DNA of 64,000 nucleotides from Escherichia phage PSa2, in the sequence record OL770310. One strand, written 5' to 3'. Below, one piece after another: positions 25,967-36,611 of this stretch (within the stretch, counting starts at the first letter, position 1; every line of letters begins with the position of its first letter). The position numbers were made by a program, and so were the translations under genes. The notes under the pieces are model-generated. The model worked only from the letters and a program-made list of their open reading frames with translations, was not told the DNA's origin and made no database searches.

Positions 25967-28534
25967 TTGAAAATTGCAGTAGTTGATAAAGCTCTAAATA
26001 ACACTCGTTATGATAAACACTTCCAGCTTTATGGTGAGGAAGTTGATGTATTCCATATGTGTAACGAGAAGTTATCTGGCCGTTTGCTGAAAAAGCATAT
26101 TACAATCGGAACTCCAGATAACCCGTTCGATCCGAACGATTACGATTTTGTTGTACTAGTTGGTGCTGAACCTTTCCTGTATTTCGCAGGTAAGAAAGGT
26201 ATCGGTGATTATACTGGTAAACGTGTAGAGCATGGCGGCTATGCCAATTGGATTGCAAGTATTAGTCCAGCTCAGTTACACTTTAAACCTGAAATGAAAC
26301 CAGTTTTCGATGCAACTGTAGGAAGTATTCACGATATTATTAATGGTCGTGAGAAGATTGCAAAAGCTGGTGATTATCGTCCTATTACTGATCCAGATGA
26401 AGCTGAAGAATACATCAAGATGGTATATAACATGGTTATCGGTCCTATCGCATTCGACTCCGAAACCTCAGCTTTGTACGCTCGTGATGGTTATCTGCTT
26501 GGTGTTTCTATGTCTCACCAAGAGTACCAGGGTGTTTATATTGACTCTGACAGCATCACCGAAGTAGCTGTACATTATCTCCAGAAAATTCTGGATAGCA
26601 AGAATCATCAGATCGTTTTTCATAACTTGAAGTTTGATATGCACTTTTATTCCTATCATCTAGGACTTTCCTTTGAGAAAGCACATAAAGAGCGTAGACT
26701 TCACGATACCATGTTACAACACTATGTTCTTGATGAACGTCGTGGTACTCACGGCCTGAAATCTCTGGCTATGAAGTATACTGACATGGGTGATTATGAC
26801 TTTGAACTGGATAAGTTCAAGGAGGATTATTGCAAAGCACATAAGATCAAGAAAGAAGATTTCAGCTATGATCTGATTCCATTTGATATTATGTGGCCTT
26901 ATGCTGCAAAAGATACCGATGCTACTCTGCGTCTGCATAACTTCTTCTTACCGAAAATTGAGAAGAATGAAAAGCTTTGCAGTCTATACTATGACGTTCT
27001 GATGCCTGGTTGTGTATTCTTGCAACGTGTTGAAGATCGTGGTGTACCAATTTCTGTTGATCGCTTGAAAGAAGCTCAGTATCAGTTAACTCACAACCTG
27101 AACAAGGCTCGTGAAAAGCTGTATACTTATCCAGAAGTCGTTCAGCTAGAGAAAGACCAGAACGAAGCATTTAACCCTAACTCTGTTAAGCAGCTCCGTG
27201 TTCTTTTATTTGATTATGTTGGTCTGACTCCAACTGGTAAGCTGACAGATACAGGTGCAGATTCTACAAACGCAGAAGCTCTGAACGAACTGGCTACTCA
27301 GCATCCAATTGCTAAGACTCTGCTAGAGATTCGTAAGCTGACTAAGCTGATCTCTACTTATGTTGAGAAGATTCTTCTGAGCATTGATGCAGATGGTTGC
27401 ATTCGTACTGGTTTCCATGAACACATGACTACTTCTGGTCGTCTGAGTTCTTCTGGTAAGCTGAACCTGCAACAGTTACCACGTGATGAATCTATTATCA
27501 AGGGTTGTGTAGTAGCTCCCCCTGGATATCGTGTAATCGCATGGGACTTAACAACTGCGGAAGTTTATTACGCTGCTGTACTGTCTGGTGACAGAAACAT
27601 GCAACAAGTATTTATCAACATGAAGAATGAGCCAGATAAATATCCTGACTTCCACTCAAACATCGCACACATGGTATTTAAACTGACCTGTGAACCGCGT
27701 GATGTTAAGAAGTTGTTCCCAGCTCTGCGTCAGGCTGCTAAGGCAATTACCTTCGGTATTCTGTACGGTTCTGGCCCAGCTAAAGTAGCTCATTCTGTTA
27801 ACGAAGCTCTTCTGGAACAGGCCGCTAAGACAGGCGAACCGTTTGTTGAATGTACCGTTGCAGATGCGAAGGACTATATCGAAACTTACTTCGGTCAATT
27901 CCCTCAGCTTAAGCGTTGGATTGATAAGTGCCACGATCAGATCAAGAACTTTGGATTCATCTACAGTCACTTTGGTCGTAAGCGTCGTCTGCACAATATC
28001 CATTCTGAAGATCGTGGTGTTCAGGGTGAGGAAATCCGTTCTGGATTTAACGCAATCATTCAGTCTGCATCTTCGGATAGCCTGTTATTAGGTGCTATTG
28101 ATGCTGATGAAGAAATCCTGTCCCTGGGTCTAGGAAAAGAGATGAAGATCGTCATGTTGGTTCACGACTCCGTGGTTGCCATTGTACGTGAAGATCTGAT
28201 TGATCAGTATAATGAGATTCTGATTCGTAACATCCAGAAGGATCGTGGTATTAGTATCCCTGGCTGCCCAATCGGTATTGATTCTGATTCTGAGAAAGGG
28301 GGTTCTCGTGACTACTCTTGTGGTAAGATGAAGAAACAGCACCCATCAATCGCTTGTATTGATGATGATGAGTATACTCGTTATGTTAAAGGTGTATTAC
28401 TCGATGCAGATTTCGAGTATAAGAAGTTAGCTGCAATGGATAAAGAGCATCCAGACCACAGCAAATACAAGGATGATAAGTTTATTGCTGTATGTAAAGA
28501 TCTGGATAATGTGAAAAGGATTTTAGGTGCTTGA
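25967..28534 (+). CDS. DNA polymerase, family A, with 3'-5' exonuclease domain
   Basis: Exo I IAFDSETSALY, Pol A motif B RQAAKAITFGILYGSG, motif C LVHDSVV; 855 aa. Confidence 0.9.
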   Translation: MKIAVVDKALNNTRYDKHFQLYGEEVDVFHMCNEKLSGRLLKKHITIGTPDNPFDPNDYDFVVLVGAEPFLYFAGKKGIGDYTGKRVEHGGYANWIASISPAQLHFKPEMKPVFDATVGSIHDIINGREKIAKAGDYRPITDPDEAEEYIKMVYNMVIGPIAFDSETSALYARDGYLLGVSMSHQEYQGVYIDSDSITEVAVHYLQKILDSKNHQIVFHNLKFDMHFYSYHLGLSFEKAHKERRLHDTMLQHYVLDERRGTHGLKSLAMKYTDMGDYDFELDKFKEDYCKAHKIKKEDFSYDLIPFDIMWPYAAKDTDATLRLHNFFLPKIEKNEKLCSLYYDVLMPGCVFLQRVEDRGVPISVDRLKEAQYQLTHNLNKAREKLYTYPEVVQLEKDQNEAFNPNSVKQLRVLLFDYVGLTPTGKLTDTGADSTNAEALNELATQHPIAKTLLEIRKLTKLISTYVEKILLSIDADGCIRTGFHEHMTTSGRLSSSGKLNLQQLPRDESIIKGCVVAPPGYRVIAWDLTTAEVYYAAVLSGDRNMQQVFINMKNEPDKYPDFHSNIAHMVFKLTCEPRDVKKLFPALRQAAKAITFGILYGSGPAKVAHSVNEALLEQAAKTGEPFVECTVADAKDYIETYFGQFPQLKRWIDKCHDQIKNFGFIYSHFGRKRRLHNIHSEDRGVQGEEIRSGFNAIIQSASSDSLLLGAIDADEEILSLGLGKEMKIVMLVHDSVVAIVREDLIDQYNEILIRNIQKDRGISIPGCPIGIDSDSEKGGSRDYSCGKMKKQHPSIACIDDDEYTRYVKGVLLDADFEYKKLAAMDKEHPDHSKYKDDKFIAVCKDLDNVKRILGA

Positions 28535-29024
28535 TTTCAAATTGCCCGTATATGCTTTACGGGCATTTGTATCAATTGAGCAGGAAGGTGATTATTCCGT
28601 AATTACAACAAAATATAATAAATATGTGCTAGATAACAGGAAGTTGCCCGGCACATTCTCCCAACGTAGGTTAGCCCTATTTGAGAAGCGGAAAGAATTA
28701 CCGTATAAGCTCTATCCTATTCGTGGTAGAATATCAATGTTGTCCCAATTAGTAGGGTCAAAGCGTAGCCAGTTTATAGATTCTGATGGAAATCTTATTA
28801 ACTGGAAGAAAACTACGTTCTATGATGTTATCACATCTAAAGTTCTGCATTCTGCAAGAATTTATAATGGAAAGTATCAATGTTATGTGGCTAAAGTCCC
28901 ATATCCATTCGTGCTATCCTATGTTCCAGCTTATATAAGCTATATTCTGGTAAATAATAGCCCTGTTATTTATCAAGTCCATCAAGAGGAGCCTGAAATT
29001 CCTAGACTTAGAATAAAATTATGA
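28527..29024 (+). CDS. hypothetical protein
   Basis: 165 aa ORF coupled to flanking replication genes. Confidence 0.5.
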   Translation: MLDFKLPVYALRAFVSIEQEGDYSVITTKYNKYVLDNRKLPGTFSQRRLALFEKRKELPYKLYPIRGRISMLSQLVGSKRSQFIDSDGNLINWKKTTFYDVITSKVLHSARIYNGKYQCYVAKVPYPFVLSYVPAYISYILVNNSPVIYQVHQEEPEIPRLRIKL

Positions 29025-30373
29025 AGGTTGTTATATCTAATAAAGCCTATTTCAAGCCCGATGATGAACTCTGGGATTACTGTAGTAAGCAAACCACTTA
29101 TCACATCGAGACAATGACTAGTAAATACCCTATTATGTATAAGAATAGTGGTGTTGTTGCTAAAGAGATTAAGTGGATTCCTATTACGCGTCTGGATTTA
29201 CTAGATGCTAAGGGAGTAAAGTACGAATTAGTTGATAAACGTACGTTAGCTCCGGTAGAAATACCAGAACCTCAGTTCAAACTGCGTGAAGAAGATCAGC
29301 TTCCTATATATGAAGAGTGTGATGATACTTGTATTATCAATGGTAAGCCTGGGTTTGGTAAAACTATCCTAGCTCTTGCTCTTGCATATAAGTTTGGCCA
29401 GAAAACTCTGGTAATCTGCACCAACACATCCATTCGTGAAATGTGGGCTGCAGAAGTTCGTAAATGGTTTGGGTTTGAACCTGGTATTATTGGCTCTGGG
29501 AAGTATAATATTGATCCACCAATCGTGGTCAGTAATATACAAACAGTGAATAAACATGCGAATAATCTTTCTAAAGTGTTCGGTACTGTTATAGTTGATG
29601 AAGTACACCACTGTGTGGCTACAACTTTCACTAATTTCCTAGAGATCTCATGTGCTCGCTATAAGATTGGTCTATCTGGTACGTTAAAGCGTAAGGATGG
29701 CCTGCAAGTTATGTTCAAAGACTTCTTCGGATATAAGATCTTTAGTCCACCCGTTAATAATACTGTTCCACCTACAATCCATAGGTACTCCGTGCCTGTT
29801 GAGTTATCAGGTAACCAAAACGTACCCTGGGCATTACGTGCTAACGATGTGTATAATCATCCTGAATATCGAGAAACTATTATAAACCTAGCGCATTTAT
29901 ATGTGTCTATGGGACATAAGGTTCTCTTTGTAAGTGATAGGACGGAACTAATCCAAACAATACTAGAAGCTCTCGCACAACGTGGTGTTACAACCTATGA
30001 GATTATAGGTGCAACTCCTTTGGATGATCGATTGAGAATCCAGAAAGATGTAGCGGAGGGCGGACCTTGTGTACTTGCAGCAGCTCAGAGTATCTTCTCA
30101 GAAGGTATTTCTCTTAACGAGCTGTCTTGTTTAATAATGGGAAGTCTCATTAATAATGAATCTCTCATAGAACAGTTAGCAGGCCGCGTTCAACGTATTG
30201 TTGACGGAAAGCTAGATCCGATTGTTGTAGATTTAATTATGAAAGGAGGTACTGGTTTAAGACAGGCTTCTGGACGTATGGCCGTGTATCGCAATAATGC
30301 ATGGAAAACTATTACTATGACTCCGGAGAAAGCAGTACAATTAGCTAAAATTGCATTTGGCAACTGCTCATAA
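29021..30373 (+). CDS. SF2 DEAD/DEAH-box helicase
   Basis: Walker A NGKPGFGKT, DEAH-like box VIVDEVHH, motif III-like SGT. Confidence 0.8.
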   Translation: MKVVISNKAYFKPDDELWDYCSKQTTYHIETMTSKYPIMYKNSGVVAKEIKWIPITRLDLLDAKGVKYELVDKRTLAPVEIPEPQFKLREEDQLPIYEECDDTCIINGKPGFGKTILALALAYKFGQKTLVICTNTSIREMWAAEVRKWFGFEPGIIGSGKYNIDPPIVVSNIQTVNKHANNLSKVFGTVIVDEVHHCVATTFTNFLEISCARYKIGLSGTLKRKDGLQVMFKDFFGYKIFSPPVNNTVPPTIHRYSVPVELSGNQNVPWALRANDVYNHPEYRETIINLAHLYVSMGHKVLFVSDRTELIQTILEALAQRGVTTYEIIGATPLDDRLRIQKDVAEGGPCVLAAAQSIFSEGISLNELSCLIMGSLINNESLIEQLAGRVQRIVDGKLDPIVVDLIMKGGTGLRQASGRMAVYRNNAWKTITMTPEKAVQLAKIAFGNCS

Positions 30374-30456
30374 TTATTGTATAATATACACATAAATTTG
30401 AGAGAGAAAGTTTCGGATTGATAAGAAAGTCCGAAGCAGAAAAATAAAAATTGTAC

Positions 30457-30486
30457 TTGTCAAATCCTCCCGATTTAATGTATAAT
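30457..30486 (+). promoter_or_regulatory. early promoter module (TTGTCA-N18-TATAAT); a -10/leader copy without -35 sits at 30380..30410
   Basis: -10 TATAAT 30481..30486, leader ATATATACATAAATTGATGAGAGAC, ATG 30516. Confidence 0.55.
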
Positions 30487-30515
30487 ATATATACATAAAT
30501 TGATGAGAGACAAAA

Positions 30516-30878
30516 ATGAAATTCTTTGATTACGAGAGAATTTACCTCTTAGCTAGAGGAAACTCCGACCTGATTGTCAAGCTATTTAATAGAATGCTTG
30601 CAGAGCCTGATGCTCACCAGTTACTGGTCGGTTCTTCATTCATCTTGAATGAATCAACTATTGTTGATAACCCTTACAAATTGTCTAATAGACAACTGGC
30701 AGAATATCTAGGAATTCTAAGTCTACGAAATTATGCCGAATATAAGTTTACAAACGATCCGAGTTTGGACATGCAATATGTTCCCATATGGATACCACGT
30801 TCTGTAATCGACACTAACCCACTAATTGCAATCAATAAATCGAAGATAATCTTTAAAGAGGAAATAAAATATGGCTAA
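30516..30878 (+). CDS. hypothetical protein
   Basis: 120 aa ORF behind a promoter/leader module. Confidence 0.5.
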   Translation: MKFFDYERIYLLARGNSDLIVKLFNRMLAEPDAHQLLVGSSFILNESTIVDNPYKLSNRQLAEYLGILSLRNYAEYKFTNDPSLDMQYVPIWIPRSVIDTNPLIAINKSKIIFKEEIKYG

Positions 30879-31644
30879 GTCTTGGGGCGAAACTACTGGC
30901 GGTTCTAACGATAAAATCGACTTCCTGAAATTCAACAACGGTGTAACTCGTGTTCGTATCGTTTCTGGTGTTCTTCCACGTTATGTCTACTGGCTGACTA
31001 ACAAAGATGGTAATGCAGCTCCGTTTGAGTGCCTGCGTTTCAACCGTACTAAAGAGAGCTTCGTTCGCGGTAAAGCTGACCCGATTCACGAAATGGGCTT
31101 CTTCGAGAAAGAGCTGGACAAAGATGGTAATCGTGTTCCGCTGAAACCGAAGAAAAACTACATCGCTTTCGTTATCGACCGTTCTGATAACAAACTGAAA
31201 GTTATGGAAGTTAAAGCTACTATCCTGAAAGGCATCCAGTCTATCATGAAGCAGCTTGAATTGGCAGATCCATTCGATATCGATATTTCTATCGAGAAGA
31301 AAGGTAAAGGCTTCGATACTGAGTACGATGTACAGCAGATCGCAGCAATGCAGTTCCAGATGAAACTGAAAGATCCTACCAGTGCTGAATCAAAACTGCA
31401 CGCCGCAGATACTGATATTCTCGGTGAAGCACTGAGTGATGAAAATGGCGATTTCCTGAAGTTCGAAAAAGTTCCTTCTCTGGAAGAAACCTATCCGGTT
31501 CCGTCCTACGAAGAGCAGAAAGAAGCTATTCTCGCCTTCATGGAAGGTCGTGAGAAGCAAGACGGCGGTGACGCTAAGTCTGGTGGTGATGCTGGTTCTC
31601 AGAAAGGCATCGACGCTGAAGCTGCTAGCGATCTGGACGACTAA
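30871..31644 (+). CDS. hypothetical protein with acidic C-terminal tail (possible ssDNA-binding protein), host-like codon usage
   Basis: 257 aa; acidic terminus ...IDAEAASDLDD as in many SSBs. Weak inference. Confidence 0.45.
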   Translation: MAKSWGETTGGSNDKIDFLKFNNGVTRVRIVSGVLPRYVYWLTNKDGNAAPFECLRFNRTKESFVRGKADPIHEMGFFEKELDKDGNRVPLKPKKNYIAFVIDRSDNKLKVMEVKATILKGIQSIMKQLELADPFDIDISIEKKGKGFDTEYDVQQIAAMQFQMKLKDPTSAESKLHAADTDILGEALSDENGDFLKFEKVPSLEETYPVPSYEEQKEAILAFMEGREKQDGGDAKSGGDAGSQKGIDAEAASDLDD

Positions 31645-31652
31645 TAAACCAA

Positions 31653-31679
31653 GGGGAGCTACGGCTCCCTTTCTTTTTA
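31653..31679 (+). terminator. rho-independent terminator
   Basis: GGGAGC-TACG-GCTCCC hairpin followed by TTTCTTTTT. Confidence 0.65.
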
Positions 31680-31683
31680 ACTT

Positions 31684-32661
31684 ATGAGAATACTATTTAG
31701 TGCTGATCATCATATCAAACTAGGACAAGATAAAGTTCCAAAGGAATGGCAGAAGCGTCGCTTCCTGATGCTAGGAGAACGGTTAAATGACATATTCCAT
31801 AATCATAACTGTGATCTGCATATTGCTGGTGGTGATATTCTTGATGTTGCCGACCCATCGTCGGAAGAAATAGAACTTCTTGAGCAGTTCATGTCAATAC
31901 TTGATCATCCAGGCAAGATCTTCACTGGGAACCATGAAATGTTAACTAAAACTATTTCATGCCTGTATCATTATGCAGGGGTTATTAACAAAGTAACAAA
32001 CGGAAATTGGGAAGTCATTACTAAACCATATCGTTCTCCTGAATTTGATATTATCCCTTACGATGAAATTCACAAACCAAAGTGGAAACCCTCTGAATCA
32101 AAATTATGTTTCACGCATGTTCGTGGTGAAATCCCTCCACATGTAAAACCAGAGATTGATCTAACGAGGTATAACTGTTACGACACTGTAATTGCTGGCG
32201 ATTTACATTCTTATACTAATAGTCAAACTGTTGGTTCTACTAGACTTCTTTATCCAGGATCTCCATTAACTACATCGTTCCATAGAGAACGCACAAAAGG
32301 TACAAATGGTTGTTTTATCATTGATACCGACACATTAAAAGTAGAATGGATTGAACTTGGTGACTTACCACAACTGATTCGTAAAACAATAGGAGTCGGT
32401 GAGGAAATGGAGCCTAGTGACTATGACCGTGTAATTTATGAAGTCACTGGTGACGTCGTTCAGTTAAAGTCTATTAAAGATTCCGATCTCCTAGATAAAA
32501 AGATTAACCATCGAGTTACTAAAGATGCTAAGTTAAATCTTGTCGATCTTGATATGTTAGGCGAGCTTGAGCTTTACTTCCGTGAAGTTGAAAAGCTGTC
32601 TCAAGGCGACATTGATAGAATCTTAGCTAGAGCTGCTAAATATGTCAAAGATTACAATTAA
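31684..32661 (+). CDS. SbcD/Mre11-like nuclease (calcineurin-like phosphoesterase)
   Basis: N-terminal MRILFSADHH and downstream GNHE phosphoesterase motifs; followed by an SbcC-like ATPase. Confidence 0.8.
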   Translation: MRILFSADHHIKLGQDKVPKEWQKRRFLMLGERLNDIFHNHNCDLHIAGGDILDVADPSSEEIELLEQFMSILDHPGKIFTGNHEMLTKTISCLYHYAGVINKVTNGNWEVITKPYRSPEFDIIPYDEIHKPKWKPSESKLCFTHVRGEIPPHVKPEIDLTRYNCYDTVIAGDLHSYTNSQTVGSTRLLYPGSPLTTSFHRERTKGTNGCFIIDTDTLKVEWIELGDLPQLIRKTIGVGEEMEPSDYDRVIYEVTGDVVQLKSIKDSDLLDKKINHRVTKDAKLNLVDLDMLGELELYFREVEKLSQGDIDRILARAAKYVKDYN

Positions 32662-34480
32662 GACACTAAAATTCAGCAACGTTATGTCTTACGGTAAGGA
32701 TATCGTAATTCATTTCGATAAGAATCCAGTTACTCAGTTAATTGGAGGAAATGGTCTAGGGAAGTCCACTATTGCTACTGTTATTGAGGAATTGTTTTAT
32801 AACAAGAACTCACGTGGTATCAAGAAGGACGCCCTATTCTCTTGGGGTTCTCCGAAGAAAGAGTATGATATGCACGCTTACTTCTCGAAAGATGAAGATG
32901 AGTATGAATTGCATAAAGTAGTTAAATCAACTGCTAAGGTTACGCTGATTAAGAACGGGGAAGATATCAGTGGGCACACAGCAACTCAAACGTACAAGAT
33001 GATTGAAGAGATTATGGGTGGTGACTTCCAAACATTCACTAAACTGATCTATCAATCTGTTGGTTCCAATCTAGACTTCCTCAAAGCAACTGATGCAACA
33101 CGTAAAGCTTTTCTTGTTAATCTGTTCAATCAGGAACAGTATAAAGAGATGTCAGAAACTATTAAGGCTGATCGTAAAGAAGTGGCAAGTACGTTAAGTA
33201 ACTTGCAAGGCCAGATGGCCGTAATTACGAAGATCCTCAATGGAAAAGGTAATCTCGGAAGTTTACAAGAACCAGTTGAAGTTCCAGAGTTTGATGAAGA
33301 ACCGTTAGCACAAGAACTTACTGAATCGAAAATTAAGGCGGCATTAGCCAAGTCACAAGAGGCTAATATTACTAAACTCCGTAATTTGGACAAAGCTGTA
33401 CAAGTTGCCGAACAATCTTTCGAGCCTTTCAAAAATTTCCCTGCGCCCACTGACCAATCTGAAGAGATCTCAAGTGTTACGCGTGACCTAACGATCGTTA
33501 CCTCACGTGCGGGAGAAGTCAAGAAACGTTATCAGAAGTTCAAGCAAGAGGCTTCAAATACTGAATGTCCTACTTGTGGCACTCACCTTGATACAACTGC
33601 TGCTCAAAAAGCCATGGATATGGCTAGAACAGAATATGATCCTCTGTTTAAAGAGAAACAATCTCTTGAAGCTACATTGGAGCAGTTGAAGAAAGAACAA
33701 GTCGAGTACACTGCGTATACTAGAGCTAAGGATGCTTTGGATAAGGCAGTAGCAGCTAGAGACGAATTCAAAAATTCAATGAGTGATGCTTCTTTTGAAG
33801 AACTCAATGTGCAAATCCTACAGGTGCAAATCCGACAATTAGAACAGGAAATCGCAGATGGACGTTCTAAAGTTGCAATTGCCAAAGAACATAATGCAAA
33901 TGTCGAATTAGCCAATGCAAAGTATAAAGCGAAACTAGAACAGATTGAGAAAGCTGAGGCAGAAATGTCTGAGATAACGTCCAAACTGGAAGGAGTATCA
34001 GAAGCTGTTGCTGATCTTGATATTCTGATCGCTGCATTGAAAAATCTGGTAGGATATAAACTAGAGCATAGTGTGAAAGTATTTGAGGAATTAATTAATA
34101 AATATCTTTCTATTATGACTGGTGGTAAGTTCGCACTTGGATTTGAACTTGATGAAACTAAATTACAAGTAGTAATCTTCAATGATGGAAATCGTACTAG
34201 TATGGAGAACTGCTCCACTGGTCAGCAAAGTAGAATTAATTTAGCAACTCTGTTAGCTATTCGAATGCTGTTAACATCTATCAGCAAAGTTAATATTAAT
34301 CTTCTGTTCCTTGACGAAGTTATTAGCTTTATTGATACGAAAGGACTTGATACTCTCGTTGAATTATTAAATGAGGAAGATAGTCTAAACTCTATCATTG
34401 TTTCTCATGGGCATACGCATCCATTAGCCCATAAGATTACTGTCAAAAAAGATGCAGAAGGATTTTCCTACTTAGAATAA
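32642..34480 (+). CDS. SbcC/Rad50-like ATPase
   Basis: Walker A GGNGLGKST, central coiled coil with CPTCG zinc hook, signature STGQQSRINL, Walker B LLFLDEV. Confidence 0.8.
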   Translation: MSKITIKTLKFSNVMSYGKDIVIHFDKNPVTQLIGGNGLGKSTIATVIEELFYNKNSRGIKKDALFSWGSPKKEYDMHAYFSKDEDEYELHKVVKSTAKVTLIKNGEDISGHTATQTYKMIEEIMGGDFQTFTKLIYQSVGSNLDFLKATDATRKAFLVNLFNQEQYKEMSETIKADRKEVASTLSNLQGQMAVITKILNGKGNLGSLQEPVEVPEFDEEPLAQELTESKIKAALAKSQEANITKLRNLDKAVQVAEQSFEPFKNFPAPTDQSEEISSVTRDLTIVTSRAGEVKKRYQKFKQEASNTECPTCGTHLDTTAAQKAMDMARTEYDPLFKEKQSLEATLEQLKKEQVEYTAYTRAKDALDKAVAARDEFKNSMSDASFEELNVQILQVQIRQLEQEIADGRSKVAIAKEHNANVELANAKYKAKLEQIEKAEAEMSEITSKLEGVSEAVADLDILIAALKNLVGYKLEHSVKVFEELINKYLSIMTGGKFALGFELDETKLQVVIFNDGNRTSMENCSTGQQSRINLATLLAIRMLLTSISKVNINLLFLDEVISFIDTKGLDTLVELLNEEDSLNSIIVSHGHTHPLAHKITVKKDAEGFSYLE

Positions 34481-34483
34481 AAC

Positions 34484-34966
34484 ATGGCCGTAGATAGTAG
34501 AGAGAAAGGTAAACGTGGTGAATATCAGGTAAGAGATATACTGCGTGAACGTACAGGTCTTGAGTGGGAACGTGTTCCAGGCTCTGGTGCTTTTGGCCAG
34601 AGCCATGGACTGAAGGGTGACATCTACCTCCCACCACAAAGCGGACACATTAGTAAATACTGCTTCGAAGTTAAGTGGTATAAAGATGATAACATATCAA
34701 GTAATTTATTTAACGTTGGTGAATCCACTCTAGAGAAGTGGTGGCAGCAGTGTTCCCGTGAAGGTGAACAGATGAACTCCAAACCAGCCTTAATATTCAA
34801 GAAAGACAGAGGACAGTGGTTAATTGCTTTGGATAGCTCAGACCCGATGGTTGACAACTTAATGAGTCGTACCCATATGGTGTTAAATAAGAAAGACATG
34901 GAAATCGTAATAGGGTTATTCGAACCGTGGTTACATCACGCATCTGTTGAGGACTTAATTAAATAA
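34484..34966 (+). CDS. putative PD-(D/E)xK nuclease (Holliday-junction-resolvase-like)
   Basis: KGKRGEYQVRDIL...GSGAFG...GDIYL...FEVK resembles the Hjc-type G-E...D...E-x-K motif order. Confidence 0.45.
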   Translation: MAVDSREKGKRGEYQVRDILRERTGLEWERVPGSGAFGQSHGLKGDIYLPPQSGHISKYCFEVKWYKDDNISSNLFNVGESTLEKWWQQCSREGEQMNSKPALIFKKDRGQWLIALDSSDPMVDNLMSRTHMVLNKKDMEIVIGLFEPWLHHASVEDLIK

Positions 34967-35841
34967 TGAGTAAATCCTGGGGAAAATTTATTGAAGAGGA
35001 AGAAGCTGAGCTGGCTTCTCGTCGCAACCTAATGATTGTTGACGGAACTAACTTAGGCTTCCGCTTTAAGCATAATAACAGTAAGAAACCTTTTGCTTCT
35101 AGTTATGTATCAACGATTCAATCTTTAGCGAAATCTTACTCTGCTAGAACTACGATCGTCCTTGGTGATAAAGGGAAGTCTGTGTTCCGTCTTGAACATC
35201 TTCCTGATTATAAAGGCAATCGTGATGAAAAGTATGCACAACGTACAGAAGAAGAGAAAGCTCTAGATGAGCAGTTCTTTGAGTATCTTCGTGACGCTTT
35301 CGAGTTGTGTGAAACTACATTTCCAACCTTCACTATTCGCGGTGTAGAAGCAGATGATATGGCAGCTTATATTGTTAAGCTCATTGGTCACTTATATGAT
35401 CACGTTTGGCTGATCTCTACTGATGGTGACTGGGATACTTTATTAACTGATCGAGTTTCTCGCTTCTCCTTTACCACACGTCGTGAATACCATCTTCGTG
35501 ATATGTATGAATACCATAACGTTGATGATGTTGACCAGTTTATCTCTCTGAAAGCAATCATGGGAGATCTTGGTGATAACATTCGTGGTGTTGAGGGCAT
35601 TGGTGCAAAACGTGGTTATAATATTATACGTGAATTTGGTAATGTTCTGGATATTATTGATCAACTCCCGTTGCCTGGGAAACAGAAATATATACAGAAT
35701 CTGAACGCATCGGAGGAGTTGCTTTTCCGAAACTTGATTCTGGTTGATTTACCGACCTATTGTGTAGATGCTATTGCTGCTGTAGGTCAAGACGTATTAG
35801 ATAAGTTTACGAAAGATATTTTGGAGATCGCAGGACAATGA
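34966..35841 (+). CDS. D15: flap endonuclease / 5'-3' exonuclease
   Basis: N-terminus MSKSWGKFIEEEEAE...NLMIVDGTNLGFRF matches the T5 D15 exonuclease as recalled; carboxylate clusters and H3TH region AIMGDLGDNIRGVEGIG. Confidence 0.9.
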   Translation: MSKSWGKFIEEEEAELASRRNLMIVDGTNLGFRFKHNNSKKPFASSYVSTIQSLAKSYSARTTIVLGDKGKSVFRLEHLPDYKGNRDEKYAQRTEEEKALDEQFFEYLRDAFELCETTFPTFTIRGVEADDMAAYIVKLIGHLYDHVWLISTDGDWDTLLTDRVSRFSFTTRREYHLRDMYEYHNVDDVDQFISLKAIMGDLGDNIRGVEGIGAKRGYNIIREFGNVLDIIDQLPLPGKQKYIQNLNASEELLFRNLILVDLPTYCVDAIAAVGQDVLDKFTKDILEIAGQ

Positions 35842-36284
35842 TTAAAATTAAACTAACTCATCCAGATTGCATGCCGAAGATTGGTTCTGATGATGCCGCA
35901 GGTATGGATCTGCGTGCATTCTTCGGTACTAACCTTGCAGCAGATTTACGTGCTATTGCACCAGGCAAATCCCTTATGATTGACACCGGTGTCGCGGTGG
36001 AAATTCCGCGAGGTTGGTTTGGTTTGGTAGTTCCTCGCAGCTCTTTAGGTAAGCGTAAACTGATGATCGCAAATACCGCAGGAGTAATCGACTCAGACTA
36101 CCGTGGTACTATTAAGATGAACCTGTTTAACTACGGTTCTGAAATGCAAACTCTGGAGAATTTCGAGAGACTTTGTCAGCTAGTGGTACTACCACACTAT
36201 TCAACCCATCATTTTGAAATCGTTGACGAACTAGAGGAGACTGATCGTGGAGAAGGCGGCTTTGGAAGCTCAGGAAGTAAGTAA
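35838..36284 (+). CDS. dut: dUTP diphosphatase
   Basis: dUTPase motifs GMDLRA, IDSDYRG, RGEGGFGSSG. Confidence 0.85.
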   Translation: MIKIKLTHPDCMPKIGSDDAAGMDLRAFFGTNLAADLRAIAPGKSLMIDTGVAVEIPRGWFGLVVPRSSLGKRKLMIANTAGVIDSDYRGTIKMNLFNYGSEMQTLENFERLCQLVVLPHYSTHHFEIVDELEETDRGEGGFGSSGSK

Positions 36285-36513
36285 TTTTGCAGATCCTAAT
36301 ATGATAGGAGTAGATGTAGATCAATCTAATTTTTACAAGATTGATGTTAAATACGTTGAACCTGAGAAAATAGTATTGAGAGTTGATGTATCTGGTGTAG
36401 TAGAACAGTGGGATGAAGAAGGGTTTATCGCACTTTGCACTGAATCTCAAGATCCTATGCTTAAAGCCATGCTAGCAGTATATAATTTAGGTATTATTGC
36501 AGGTAGTAGATAA
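36247..36513 (+). CDS. hypothetical protein
   Basis: 88 aa ORF overlapping the dut 3' end, followed by a strong terminator. Confidence 0.4.
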   Translation: MEKAALEAQEVSNFADPNMIGVDVDQSNFYKIDVKYVEPEKIVLRVDVSGVVEQWDEEGFIALCTESQDPMLKAMLAVYNLGIIAGSR

Positions 36514-36520
36514 CAATAAA

Positions 36521-36555
36521 CCCCAGTGGACAATCCACTGGGGTTTTCTTTTATT
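36521..36555. terminator. bidirectional rho-independent terminator at the early/late convergence point
   Basis: CCCCAGTGG-ACAAT-CCACTGGGG hairpin flanked by an A-run and TTTTCTTTTATTT. Confidence 0.75.
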
Positions 36556-36596
36556 TAGTAAGGAGTTGTTTTACTAATTCCTTTATTTTATTAATC

Positions 36597-36611
36597 TTTT
36601 TTTTTTTTTTT
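36597..36611. repeat. T15 homopolymer followed by TGCATTTTGCATTTTGCGTTTT repeat
   Basis: Direct count of 15 consecutive T at 36597..36611. Confidence 0.8.

Noticed and set aside
33130-34218. Minus-strand ORFs of 130 and 204 aa (33130..33522, 33604..34218)
   Set aside because: They lie fully inside the SbcC-like gene, which has clear Walker and zinc-hook motifs on the plus strand. The antisense translations are Ser/Ala/Cys-rich low complexity.
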